Shown one piece after another: positions 9,504 through 19,465 of a stretch of 64,000 nucleotides of DNA. A program made the translations under genes and the position numbers. The notes under the pieces were generated by a model. The model was not told the DNA's origin. It ran no database searches and worked only from the letters and a program-made list of their open reading frames with translations. The stretch comes from Nitrospirota bacterium (GTDB taxonomy: Bacteria > Nitrospirota > UBA9217): assembly GCA_963737155.1 (NCBI GenBank), contig CAVTRN010000002.1, positions 1,632,001-1,696,000 of the forward strand, read 5' to 3'. The first letter of the stretch is position 1. The number at the start of each line of letters is the position of its first letter.

Positions 9504-12500
9504 ATGTCATTTGACAACCAGATTAGGATTTCCCCAGAGTTGCTGCGTGACCTTGGTGTCCAGAATGAAGCGCAGGCTGTGAAGAATCTCGAGCTTCTTT
9601 CCGCAAAGCTTGGCACCGAGGGATATGCCGCACTTGCGCCGGCGCTTTTCGCGAGCCTGTCCAGCATGGCTGATCCCGATATGGTCCTAAATAATCTGGA
9701 CCGTTTTGTGGATAGTCTGTCCGATGTCCGGCTTTTAATTTCGTATTGCCATGAAAGGCGTGACGCCCTTAGACAACTCGTCACTATTTTCGGCGCAAGC
9801 CGGTTCTTCTCAACTTATCTGACGGCAAACGCTGATGACAGTCTGGCGCGGTTCTCCGTCCCCGACTACCTTACTTATCCCGCCGGGAAAGTGATACTTT
9901 CGCAGAGACTCGCGGGTATGATAGACGAGGCGGGTGACAACAAGTCTTTCTACCGATCACTTCGCCTTTTCAGAAAACAGGAGATGCTAAGGATAGGCCT
10001 GCGCGACCTGCTTGCCAAGGCCGATTTTCAGGAGACGGTGGGGGAGCTCTCTGACCTTGCGGAGGTGTGTCTCCAGAGGACATTCGAATGGATCAATCGC
10101 GAGCTTCTGAAGCGATACGGCAGGCCTGTCGTTGATAATACCGAAGGAATACCTGAACCGGCGGGTTTCGCTGTCATTGCTATGGGCAAACTTGGAGGAC
10201 GCGAGCTCAATTTCAGCTCTGATGTGGATCTCATGTACGTTTATACCGCTGATGGAGAGACTGAAGGAATCAGGTTTCCAGATGGAGCGGTGTCGAGCCG
10301 GATCTCCAATCACCAATACTTCATCAAACTGGCGGAAAAAATAAGCGCAGCCATCGGCGATAAGACCGAGGACGGATTCGTGTTCCGCGTGGATCTTCGA
10401 CTGCGTCCCGAGGGACAACGCGGCCCACTTGCCCAGAGCCTGAGCGGCTATGAAATATATTATGAATCTTGGGGACAGACCTGGGAACGATCGGCGCTCA
10501 TCAAGGCCAGGCCTGTTGCGGGCGATGAGAGAACCGGCAGGGAATTCATAGAGCGGATTACCCCCTTCGTTTACCGCAAATATCTGGACTACAGCGCCAT
10601 CGCCGAAATAGGCGATATGAAGCAAAAAATCAACAGGGATGTTGAACAGAAGGGCAAGACCTACAGGGATGTCAAACTCGGATATGGCGGTATTCGGGAG
10701 ATCGAATTTGTGATCCAGGCACTTCAGCTTATTTATGGTAGCCGCTACCGGTCCCTACGGGAGAAATCGGCGCTCAAAACCCTTCACGCACTTTCGCAAA
10801 AAGGGCTGATTACTTATCAGGAGCACGAGTATCTGTCAAAGGCATATGTTTTTCTCCGCACTATCGAGCACCGCATTCAGATTCTCGATGATCTTCAGAC
10901 ACAGACAATCCCGTCCGATGCACAGAGCATGCGAGCGCTTGCGCGTCGATCAGGATACCTTGAAGCAGGCAAGGAAGCCGAGCTTCTGTTGAGGGACTAT
11001 GCAGAGCATACTCAGAGGGTTCGGCGTATCTATGATGATCTGTTTGCCTTCACTGGCGATGAGGCGGTGGGGTCCGCTCCTGACGGCGACTATGGCCGCT
11101 TGCTTGATTCCGACAGAACTGAGCAGGAAGCGCTCACGCTGCTTGAAAAGTTTGGATTCCTCGATCCCGCCAAGGCATATCGCAACCTGCTGCTACTTCA
11201 GGAGGGCCCGGCGTTTGTGCACCAGACACCCCGCAGCCGTAAACTCTTTCTAGAGATTTTTCCGCCGCTGTTCGGCGAAATAGTCGCTTCCGCCGACCCC
11301 GATATGGCGCTCAATCATCTGGAGTCGTTTCTTGCTGTGCAGGGGTCCTGGGAAGGATTTCAGTCCCTTATTAAAATCGATGCATCGGCGATCAAGGTGC
11401 TCATTGCGGTCTTTGCCAGCAGCGAATACCTCTCGCGGCTGCTGTTGAGTCGGCCCTTCTATCTTCAGAACTTGCTGGAGTTCCAGAGGTTTTCAGGCGC
11501 TGGGACCATTAGGAACTATGCGAACGAGCTCGATGAGATACTGGGTAGAAATAGGGAGCTTTCGAATAAACTAGATGATCTTCGAAAGTTCAAACACATG
11601 GAAGAAATTAGGATCGGAACGGCAGATCTTCTGTCGAAAGTGAAACTTGTAGCTGTGTCGCATGACTTGTCCAAATTGGCCGAGGTCTGTCTTGGTGCTG
11701 CGCTTAAACTGGCGGCTGCTGAAACGGGACGACGGTACGGGGCCGTCGGTTCTGCCGATGGACTCGCCGTCATTGGGGTAGGAAAACTCGGCGGGAGGGA
11801 GTTGACCTACGGGTCAGACCTTGATGTGCTCTTCGTGTATTCAGAATCTCATGCCGGAGTTTCGCTAGCAGGTCTTTCGGCATTTGAGTATTTCAGCAAA
11901 ACGGCGGAGAAGACGATCGCTTACCTCTCATCCATGACGCGCGAAGGCTTTGTCTTTCGCATGGATGCGAGATTACGCCCTTCGGGATCCAAGGGTCCTC
12001 TGGTACAAAGTATCGAGGCGTTCAAGAACCACTATTCTTCAAAGGCAGAGACCTGGGAGATGCAGGCCATGCTGCGCGCGCGGTTCGTTGCGGGTGACCG
12101 TGCGGTAGGCGCAGCATTCTGCTCAGCGATGCAGGAGCTGATCTATTGCGATACTGAACGGCCTGCTCTTGCCTGCAATATTCTCACGATGCGCGGGAGG
12201 ATGGAAGAAAAACTTGGAAGGGAAAGCGACTCCCACTACAATATCAAGCAGGGAATGGGTGGAATGGTTGACATCGAATTCCTAGTGCAGTTCTTGCAGC
12301 TTCTTCATGGCTGGCGCCATAAGAGTGTCCAGATACCGGGAACATACGATGCACTGTGGGCCCTAAAAAAAGAAAAGCTGCTTACGCAGGAAGAATACGC
12401 TGTCATGCGGCGAGCCTATCTGTTCCTGCGGCAACTGGAAAGCAGGATGCGAATCATCTCGAATGAGGCAACGATCAGGTTGAGCAGAAATCCCGAAGAA

Positions 12501-12635
12501 CTTCACCTGCTTGCGCGCCTCATGGGATATGCGAAAGAAAATTCATCAGCAGGGCAGCAGCTTCTCCATGAATATGAAATCTTAACCAGGCAGATAAGAA
12601 CCATCTTTATCAAAGTGCTTATGGAATATTGTTGA
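9504..12635 (+). CDS. glnE: Bifunctional glutamine synthetase adenylyltransferase/deadenylylase
   Basis: Two nucleotidyltransferase repeats (GKLGGRELNFSSDVDL; GKLGGRELTYGSDLD), each followed by a D.RLRP.G..GPL motif. Confidence 0.96.
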   Translation: MSFDNQIRISPELLRDLGVQNEAQAVKNLELLSAKLGTEGYAALAPALFASLSSMADPDMVLNNLDRFVDSLSDVRLLISYCHERRDALRQLVTIFGASRFFSTYLTANADDSLARFSVPDYLTYPAGKVILSQRLAGMIDEAGDNKSFYRSLRLFRKQEMLRIGLRDLLAKADFQETVGELSDLAEVCLQRTFEWINRELLKRYGRPVVDNTEGIPEPAGFAVIAMGKLGGRELNFSSDVDLMYVYTADGETEGIRFPDGAVSSRISNHQYFIKLAEKISAAIGDKTEDGFVFRVDLRLRPEGQRGPLAQSLSGYEIYYESWGQTWERSALIKARPVAGDERTGREFIERITPFVYRKYLDYSAIAEIGDMKQKINRDVEQKGKTYRDVKLGYGGIREIEFVIQALQLIYGSRYRSLREKSALKTLHALSQKGLITYQEHEYLSKAYVFLRTIEHRIQILDDLQTQTIPSDAQSMRALARRSGYLEAGKEAELLLRDYAEHTQRVRRIYDDLFAFTGDEAVGSAPDGDYGRLLDSDRTEQEALTLLEKFGFLDPAKAYRNLLLLQEGPAFVHQTPRSRKLFLEIFPPLFGEIVASADPDMALNHLESFLAVQGSWEGFQSLIKIDASAIKVLIAVFASSEYLSRLLLSRPFYLQNLLEFQRFSGAGTIRNYANELDEILGRNRELSNKLDDLRKFKHMEEIRIGTADLLSKVKLVAVSHDLSKLAEVCLGAALKLAAAETGRRYGAVGSADGLAVIGVGKLGGRELTYGSDLDVLFVYSESHAGVSLAGLSAFEYFSKTAEKTIAYLSSMTREGFVFRMDARLRPSGSKGPLVQSIEAFKNHYSSKAETWEMQAMLRARFVAGDRAVGAAFCSAMQELIYCDTERPALACNILTMRGRMEEKLGRESDSHYNIKQGMGGMVDIEFLVQFLQLLHGWRHKSVQIPGTYDALWALKKEKLLTQEEYAVMRRAYLFLRQLESRMRIISNEATIRLSRNPEELHLLARLMGYAKENSSAGQQLLHEYEILTRQIRTIFIKVLMEYC

Positions 12636-12993
12636 TTATCGGTTCTCTGAATATTAGCTTCTACAAATATTGATATTATCCACTCGTATGTGCGGGAAGC
12701 TGTTTAGTTTGAGTGAGGATGGCCTCTTCGAGTTTTTTTTGCCTCCCTTCGCTCACTGTAGTGAAGAAATAGAAATGTCCTATTTGGTAACGGCGATCGT
12801 TGAAGGAGCATGTACCCACATGTCGCAATCGGCCTCACGAGATCAGCGGGCAGGGAGTGAGCTTCTTATGACGAAACAACTGTGATGCTGTTGTCGGGAC
12901 GGCTTTTGCCGCCTTATTCATTTGATTGATATTTTCCTTGATGCCAATAGTTAATTCAACGCTCATTTCCCGGAAAGTATCCGAGCCCATCCG

Positions 12994-14142
12994 ATGAGAG
13001 AACGACTAAACCTGCTTCGTGAATTTTCCGTTCCGCTTCTCAGCGGAGTTGTCTTCGCCCTGTTCTGGGCGAACAGCGCGCCTGCGAGTTATTTGCGCTT
13101 TCTTCATAATCGCCTCATCGGCTCTCTCAGTTTGCATTTTCTGACCAATGATATCTTCATGGTTTTTTTCTTCGCCATCGCCGCCGTGGAGATAACTCGG
13201 AGTCTGCAGACGGGCGGGGACCTTTATCCCATTGGTAAATCCATCAACCCTCTGTTCGCGACCGCCGGTGGTGTGATCGGTCCGGCTCTGGTCTATCTCA
13301 CGCTGAATCACCTCGTCGGTGTGCCTGAATTGCAGCGGGGGTGGGGAATTCCTACGTCAACGGATATCGCTTTTGCTTGGCTCGTCGCCCGGCTTATTTT
13401 CGGGAAGCGTCACCCCGCTATATCGTTCCTGCTCTTGCTAGCTGTAGTCGACGATGGGATTGGCCTCGCAATTATCGCTCTGTTCTATCCGGATCCCCTT
13501 CTTCTTGTCGAGCCGCAGTGGCTGTTTCTGACGCTCGCGGGAATGGCCATTGCCTATTTCTTTCGCAAACGCCGGGTCCGATCGTACTGGCCTTACGTGC
13601 TTCTGGGTGGTGGTTTGTCATGGGCCGGCTTATACAGGGCCCACCTGCATCCCGCGCTTGCCCTGGTTTTTATCATTCCCTTTTTGCCGCATGCCGGTCT
13701 CAAGAAAAAACATCTCTTCGAAGAGGATGGAACAAGCCTGTCTCCCATGGCGTTGTTCGAACACGAATGGAAAGTTGTCGTCGATCTCGGCTTGTTCCTG
13801 TTCGGGTTCGCCAACGCAGGAGTAGAGTTATCACGAGCAGGCGCGGCTACGTGGCTTGTTGTGTCTTCACTAGTGATGGGAAAGTGCATCGGCATTTTTT
13901 TGTTCTCCATAGCGGCGGCTAGATTTGGTTTTCCTTTGCCAGCAGGAGTCCGGGACAGGGATCTGATTGTTATCGGAATCATTGGTGGCATTGGGTTCAC
14001 CGTTGCCCTCTTTGTTTCCGGTGAGGCTTTTGCCGACCCGGCACTTCAGAATGCGGCAAAAATGGGTTCCATGCTGAGCTGTGGGGCGGCCGTGATCGCC
14101 CTGATCGCCGGAAAATTGCTGAAAATAAAAAAGCTCTCTTAA
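12994..14142 (+). CDS. nhaA: Na+/H+ antiporter NhaA
   Basis: NDIFMVFFF, GWGIPTSTDIAF, LAVVDD, GIGFTVALF motifs. Confidence 0.92.
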   Translation: MRERLNLLREFSVPLLSGVVFALFWANSAPASYLRFLHNRLIGSLSLHFLTNDIFMVFFFAIAAVEITRSLQTGGDLYPIGKSINPLFATAGGVIGPALVYLTLNHLVGVPELQRGWGIPTSTDIAFAWLVARLIFGKRHPAISFLLLLAVVDDGIGLAIIALFYPDPLLLVEPQWLFLTLAGMAIAYFFRKRRVRSYWPYVLLGGGLSWAGLYRAHLHPALALVFIIPFLPHAGLKKKHLFEEDGTSLSPMALFEHEWKVVVDLGLFLFGFANAGVELSRAGAATWLVVSSLVMGKCIGIFLFSIAAARFGFPLPAGVRDRDLIVIGIIGGIGFTVALFVSGEAFADPALQNAAKMGSMLSCGAAVIALIAGKLLKIKKLS

Positions 14143-14178
14143 TTACAGGGATAATTGAATTTTAATCCGAATTTTATC

Positions 14179-14206
14179 TTGACAAAACAGCGTAATGGAA
14201 TATACT
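14179..14206 (+). promoter_or_regulatory. sigma70 promoter for the first Ehr/Hyf-like operon
   Basis: TTGACA-N16-TATACT ending 63 nt before ATG 14270. Confidence 0.7.
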
Positions 14207-14269
14207 ACGGCGTCGTAATGCGGTTTTTTTTACAAACCTGATTTTTGACAGAGCGAGAAACTTTTCAAG

Positions 14270-16261
14270 ATGGAAACGGAACAACTTCTTCTTTTTGGTA
14301 TCGTATTGTTTGCTGTGGGCGCCCTCAGTGCACTTGTCCCGGTCAAGACTTTCAGATCTGCCTCGTATCTTTTCTCACTCATTGGTTCAGTCTCATTTCT
14401 TTCTCTGGGCCTGATTCTCACCATAATTACTCCGGTATCCTATCAAGCTTTGTCCGCATCATCGATATTCGAATTTTCCCTTCGCGGTGACGCCCTAGCC
14501 GGTTTTTTCCTTATTACTATATCCCTGGTTTCATCGGCGGTGTCCGTGTATTCTATCAGCTTTACGCGCGACTCGTCTTACGCGGGCCTTTCTGGCTTTT
14601 TTACGAATATCCTGATCCTGAGCCTATATGCAGTCGTGCTATCCGCGAACCTCTTCACCTTCCTGATCTCCTGGGAAACGATGGCAATTGCATCTTATTT
14701 TCTCGTAACACTCGATCGGAGCGACGAAGCGTCACGCGCAGGCCTCGTGTACGCCGTAATGACCCACATTGGCACGGCATTCATCATTGCGCTTTTCTTT
14801 ATACTCTACCGGTCCACGAACAGAATGGATTTTGAAGGAATGAAGGCCGGCGTTGCCGCCCTGCCAATTACGGTCAAGTCGCTTATCTTTATTTTCGCCC
14901 TTATCGGCTTCGGTACGAAGGCGGGCATCGTTCCGCTTCACACCTGGATACCCCGCGCCTACTCGGTTGCGCCTCCTCACGTTGCCGCGTTAATGTCCGG
15001 CCTCATGGTCAAAATGGGCATTTACGGCTTCCTCCGGATATCCGTTGATGTCCTGGGGCAGGGCCCCGAGTGGTGGGGAATCACGGTCATCGCGGTCGGT
15101 GCGGTATCGGCGCTGTTAGGGATCCTCTATGGCGTCATGGAAAACGATCTCAAACTGTTTCTTGCATACTCCACCGTAGAGAATGTCGGCATTATTCTGC
15201 TCGGCGTCGGAGCTTCCATGGTGTTTAAGAGCAACGGGCTCGCGGCATTGTCATCCCTTGCCCTGACTGCGGCACTCTTTCATGTGCTGAATCATGCGCT
15301 GTTCAAGGGGGCCCTTTTTTTTGGTGCGGGATCGGTCATTTACAGCACGGGCTCGGGAAATATGGAGCACATGGGCGGACTGCTGAAGCGCATGCCCTTA
15401 ACCGGCTTGATTTTCCTCATAGGTGCGCTTTCAATCTGCGCGCTTCCGCCTTTCAACGGATTTGCAAGTGAATGGCTGACCTATCAGGCACTTCTTCTCG
15501 GATATCAGTCGCCTTCGGTAACAGCCAAAATCGTGTCTCCGCTCGGAGGGGCCGCTCTGGCCCTTACGGGCGCGATTGCGGCAGCGGGGTTTGTGAAGGC
15601 GTTCGGTATTACCTTTCTCGGAGTGCCGCGAACAGTCAAGTCGCGGGACGCAAGGGAAGTCCCGTTTTCTATGGTGGTCGGCATGGTGCTTCTCGCAACG
15701 CCCTGTCTTCTGTTCGGTCTTTTCCCCGGTCCGGCATTATCGCTTCTGATGCCAGCGGTGTATGCTCTGACGGGAGCGTCATCCACGCTGGAGCAGCACG
15801 GTGTTCTGGTTATCGGCCAGACATCGGCTACACTGTATCCAATCGGAATGCTTGTTACCATGGTCTTCATGATGATCGCAGTCATGCTGTTCATCAGAGT
15901 GAAAGGCGGGAAAAGAAAGACAGTTTATGCAGATTCATGGGACTGCGGTATCCCAGGGCTCACGCCCCGAATGCAGTACACGGCCACGGCTTTTACCAAG
16001 CCTCTCCGTATTATTTATAAGCGTATTTACCTGCCGAGCCGCGACATTAACGTAAAGTACCTTCTCAAACCCTTTTTCGTAAAATCCATACGCTACGGCG
16101 GCGAGATAACTCCCTTTTTTGAGCGTTATGTTTATGAGCCTGCTACACAGTTCATTCAGGCCGTTGCCGGCAAAGTCAAGCTACTGCAGTCAGGCAGCCT
16201 AAATTTGTATCTCGGATATATACTGATAACCCTGATACTGCTTTTGATTTTCGCGACGTAA
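14270..16261 (+). CDS. hyfB: Hydrogenase-4 component B-like (NuoL/MrpA-type) membrane subunit, Ehr operon 1
   Basis: GFGTKAGIVPLHTWIP, LAYSTVENVG, NHALFKG, PPFNGFASEW, WDCG...RMQYTA. Confidence 0.85.
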   Translation: METEQLLLFGIVLFAVGALSALVPVKTFRSASYLFSLIGSVSFLSLGLILTIITPVSYQALSASSIFEFSLRGDALAGFFLITISLVSSAVSVYSISFTRDSSYAGLSGFFTNILILSLYAVVLSANLFTFLISWETMAIASYFLVTLDRSDEASRAGLVYAVMTHIGTAFIIALFFILYRSTNRMDFEGMKAGVAALPITVKSLIFIFALIGFGTKAGIVPLHTWIPRAYSVAPPHVAALMSGLMVKMGIYGFLRISVDVLGQGPEWWGITVIAVGAVSALLGILYGVMENDLKLFLAYSTVENVGIILLGVGASMVFKSNGLAALSSLALTAALFHVLNHALFKGALFFGAGSVIYSTGSGNMEHMGGLLKRMPLTGLIFLIGALSICALPPFNGFASEWLTYQALLLGYQSPSVTAKIVSPLGGAALALTGAIAAAGFVKAFGITFLGVPRTVKSRDAREVPFSMVVGMVLLATPCLLFGLFPGPALSLLMPAVYALTGASSTLEQHGVLVIGQTSATLYPIGMLVTMVFMMIAVMLFIRVKGGKRKTVYADSWDCGIPGLTPRMQYTATAFTKPLRIIYKRIYLPSRDINVKYLLKPFFVKSIRYGGEITPFFERYVYEPATQFIQAVAGKVKLLQSGSLNLYLGYILITLILLLIFAT

Positions 16262-16315
16262 AAACAGGGTTAAAAGATCCGAGTCTGAGGGAAGACAGCA
16301 ACTAAGCGCGAAACC

Positions 16316-17233
16316 ATGGAATATTTTCAATTTCTCATCATAATTCTGTTCTCGCCGCTTGTAGATGGCGTGATCAGGAAACTTAAGGCGTACATGCAGG
16401 GCCGCATTGGTCCCGGTTTGCTGCAACCTTACTACGACATCCTGCGGCTCTTGAAGAAAGACATGGTCGTATCAACGACAACGTCCTGGATATTCAAAGC
16501 TACACCGTATATCGTGTTTATGGCGACAGCGACGGTAGCCGTTATAGTCCCCGTATTGTCAACGGCATCGCCCTTCGGCATGATGGGAGACGTGATCGCC
16601 TTGATCTATCTTTTTGCGCTGGCCCGGTTTTTCATGGCACTAGCGGGACTTGATGCGGGAACGGGTTTTGGGGGAGAGGGGAGCAGCAGAGAAATGACCG
16701 TTGCCATCCTAGTGGAACCTATGATGATGCTCTCGCTCTTTACCGCAGCCATATCGTCGGGCTCCACGAACATTGTGCGTATCGCCACGGTCCATCCTGC
16801 GGCTTTTTCACCTTCGCACCTGCTGGCCCTGACCGCCTTCATCGTGGCGATCGTTGCAGAGACGGGCAGGGTGCCGGTTGATAACCCTGATACCCATCTC
16901 GAACTAACCATGATCCATGAAGGCATGATCCTTGAATATTCAGGACGGTATCTGGCGCTCATGGAGTGGGCGCATTACATGAAGCAGATGATACTTTTTA
17001 CACTTGCCATCGACATTTTCTTCCCTCTGGGCATCGCTCAGTCCGGGAATCTAGTGCCCCTTGCCACAGCCATCGTGGCCTACGCATCGAAAGTGATTGG
17101 AATGGCGGTATTGATGGCGCTCGTTGAGTCAACGCGCGCAAAAATGCGGTTCTTTCAGCTGCCGTCTCTCTTGGGTGGTGCGTTTGTTCTTGCGTTTCTG
17201 TCGCTTGTAACGCATATCATGATGGAGAAGTGA
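16316..17233 (+). CDS. hyfC: HyfC/HycD (NuoH-like) subunit, operon 1
   Basis: QGRIGP.LLQPYYD, ETGRVPVDNPDTHLELTMIHEGMILEYSG. Confidence 0.87.
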   Translation: MEYFQFLIIILFSPLVDGVIRKLKAYMQGRIGPGLLQPYYDILRLLKKDMVVSTTTSWIFKATPYIVFMATATVAVIVPVLSTASPFGMMGDVIALIYLFALARFFMALAGLDAGTGFGGEGSSREMTVAILVEPMMMLSLFTAAISSGSTNIVRIATVHPAAFSPSHLLALTAFIVAIVAETGRVPVDNPDTHLELTMIHEGMILEYSGRYLALMEWAHYMKQMILFTLAIDIFFPLGIAQSGNLVPLATAIVAYASKVIGMAVLMALVESTRAKMRFFQLPSLLGGAFVLAFLSLVTHIMMEK

Positions 17234-17276
17234 CGTCTTGCAATGCATGACGATCTAACAATTGGATCGGTGAGCC

Positions 17277-17936
17277 GTGAAATCTTGGATTGAGGCTTTT
17301 TCCATTATTGATTTTATCTCCGTCGGCATTCTCCTGACAGCCGTGACCTTGAATGCCTTCAAGAGCATTGAGTCTTACGTGACGGCGTATACCGTCAACT
17401 CCTGGCTTCTGGCAAGTCTGATCGCCGTGGTTGCGGTCCTCGTCGGAGAAACACACCTCTATATAGCGGCCCTCCTGACTCTGACAACTAAAGGGATCAT
17501 CATCCCCCTCTTCCTTCGAAGAATTGTGCGCCGGATGAAGGTTACTCATGAGATCCAGCCCTATATTAGCAACTCGGTTTCCTTGGCCATTTCTGGAATC
17601 CTTGTAGGAGTTGTCTATGCTTCATTGAAGGAAGGGATATTTGTCACCGGTTTTTCAAAAAACGTGCTCCAGATTTCAATCGCCGTGATTCTCATCAGCC
17701 TCTTCGTCATGATCACCCGGAAGAAGGCGTTGACGCAGGCCATCGGTCTTCTTTTCATGGAAAATGGGCTCTTTCTCGCCGGGTTCTCTTTGACCTTAGG
17801 TATGCCGACGATAATAGAGCTCGGTGTACTTTTCGACATGCTCATGGGTGTCATCATCCTGGGCATTTTTGCCATCCAGATAAAACGGGCATTTGCCTCA
17901 GCGGATCTGGACAAATTAACGGTGTTGAAAGGATAG
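17277..17936 (+). CDS. hyfE: HyfE-like membrane subunit, operon 1
   Basis: QAIGLLFMENG...GMPTIIELGVLFD; position in operon. Confidence 0.83.
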   Translation: MKSWIEAFSIIDFISVGILLTAVTLNAFKSIESYVTAYTVNSWLLASLIAVVAVLVGETHLYIAALLTLTTKGIIIPLFLRRIVRRMKVTHEIQPYISNSVSLAISGILVGVVYASLKEGIFVTGFSKNVLQISIAVILISLFVMITRKKALTQAIGLLFMENGLFLAGFSLTLGMPTIIELGVLFDMLMGVIILGIFAIQIKRAFASADLDKLTVLKG

Positions 17937-17977
17937 CTCAGAGTTTAACGTGCGGAGCTCAGGGCAGGTGAAATTAA

Positions 17978-19465
17978 GTGCTAGCAATATTGATCATCCC
18001 GGTTATTACAGCCGTTGTTTGCTATAACATAATGAAACCTCGCATTGTCGGCTACGTAAGCCTTGCGGGAGCGGTTGCACTTGCCGTTACTGCATTTCCC
18101 ACCATTAAAGCGTCACTGTCTGGATCCGTATCAGCGTTGAACGACACCTTCTCCATGGACGCTCTTTCGGGATACATCATGGCCCTAGTTATTTTCCTGA
18201 GCCTGGCATCGGCGGCCTATTCCATCAGCTATCTTGAACACGAGTTCGATGTCGGACTAACCAATGTTCGTGGCGTCAGAACCTATTATGGATTGTTCCA
18301 CCTTTTTATCTTTACCATGCTTCTGGTGACCATGGCGAATAACCTCGCCATCATGTGGATTGGCATTGAGGCCACCACGATCGTATCAGCTCTTCTCATC
18401 GGACTTGGTTTTCACAAGCGTCCGCTAGCCGTCGAAGCAGCTTGGAAATACATCATCCTCTGCACGGTGGGAATTACCTTCGCCCTGCTCGGAACCTTTA
18501 TCGCCTATTATGCATCGACAGCTGTTATGGGGACTGAGGGCACGCTGAACTGGACCACGTTCAGGGGTTTGGCGCACCGTTTGAACCCTGAGACCATGAA
18601 ACTTGCCTTCATCTTCGTGCTCGTGGGATACGGGACCAAAGCCGGACTGGCGCCGGTACACAACTGGCTACCTGATGCTCACAGCCAAGCACCGAGTCCT
18701 ATCAGCGCGCTGCTCTCGGGGATTCTGCTGAATACGGCATTCTATGGAATCATGCGCTTTATTTCCATCGTGGAGCCATCGACGGGTGACGCCTTCACCG
18801 GTCATCTTCTGATTCTGTTCGGGCTTATTTCGGTCGGCATTTCAGCTATCTTTATCCTTGTACAACAAAACTTTAAACGGCTTCTCGCGTACAGCAGCAT
18901 TGAGCACATGGGAATTATTTCGCTTGGTATCGGCATCGGCGGTCCCGTGGGTATTTATGGAGCGTTGCTGCATATCCTGAATCACGCGCTGGCCAAACCA
19001 CTGATGTTCTTTGCTTCGGGCAAGATTCAGTCCCGTTTCGGGACTACGAATATCACGAATGTGAACGGCGTTCTGTCATCCATGCCACTGCTCGGAACGT
19101 TGACTTTTATCGGCGCATTGTCATTATCTGGCACGCCCCCGTTCAATATCTTTGTGAGCGAGTTCACGGTACTGAAAGCGGGCGTTGACCGAGGATTGTG
19201 GCCTGTGGTGGCTCTTTTCCTGTTATTCGTGGTAATCGTGTTCTACGGTGTGCTATCGGGCTTCGCGAAGATGCTTTTCGGCAAGCCCAGTGACAGCGCG
19301 GTCGCTCAGGCTGGCCATCATCCGAGGGGAGGTGGCGCAGGTGATTGGCTGGCCAACGCCGTGATGATCTTCATGGCGGTTGAGGTCATCGCACTGGGTT
19401 TCAAGATACCCACTGTTATTGATGAAACCATAAGGACCTGTGTGCAGGTTCTTGGAGCAAAGTAA
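17978..19465 (+). CDS. hyfF: HyfF-like proton-translocating subunit, operon 1
   Basis: EAAWKY, GYGTKAGLAPVHNWLPDAHSQAP, KRLLAYSSIEHMG. Confidence 0.87.
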   Translation: MLAILIIPVITAVVCYNIMKPRIVGYVSLAGAVALAVTAFPTIKASLSGSVSALNDTFSMDALSGYIMALVIFLSLASAAYSISYLEHEFDVGLTNVRGVRTYYGLFHLFIFTMLLVTMANNLAIMWIGIEATTIVSALLIGLGFHKRPLAVEAAWKYIILCTVGITFALLGTFIAYYASTAVMGTEGTLNWTTFRGLAHRLNPETMKLAFIFVLVGYGTKAGLAPVHNWLPDAHSQAPSPISALLSGILLNTAFYGIMRFISIVEPSTGDAFTGHLLILFGLISVGISAIFILVQQNFKRLLAYSSIEHMGIISLGIGIGGPVGIYGALLHILNHALAKPLMFFASGKIQSRFGTTNITNVNGVLSSMPLLGTLTFIGALSLSGTPPFNIFVSEFTVLKAGVDRGLWPVVALFLLFVVIVFYGVLSGFAKMLFGKPSDSAVAQAGHHPRGGGAGDWLANAVMIFMAVEVIALGFKIPTVIDETIRTCVQVLGAK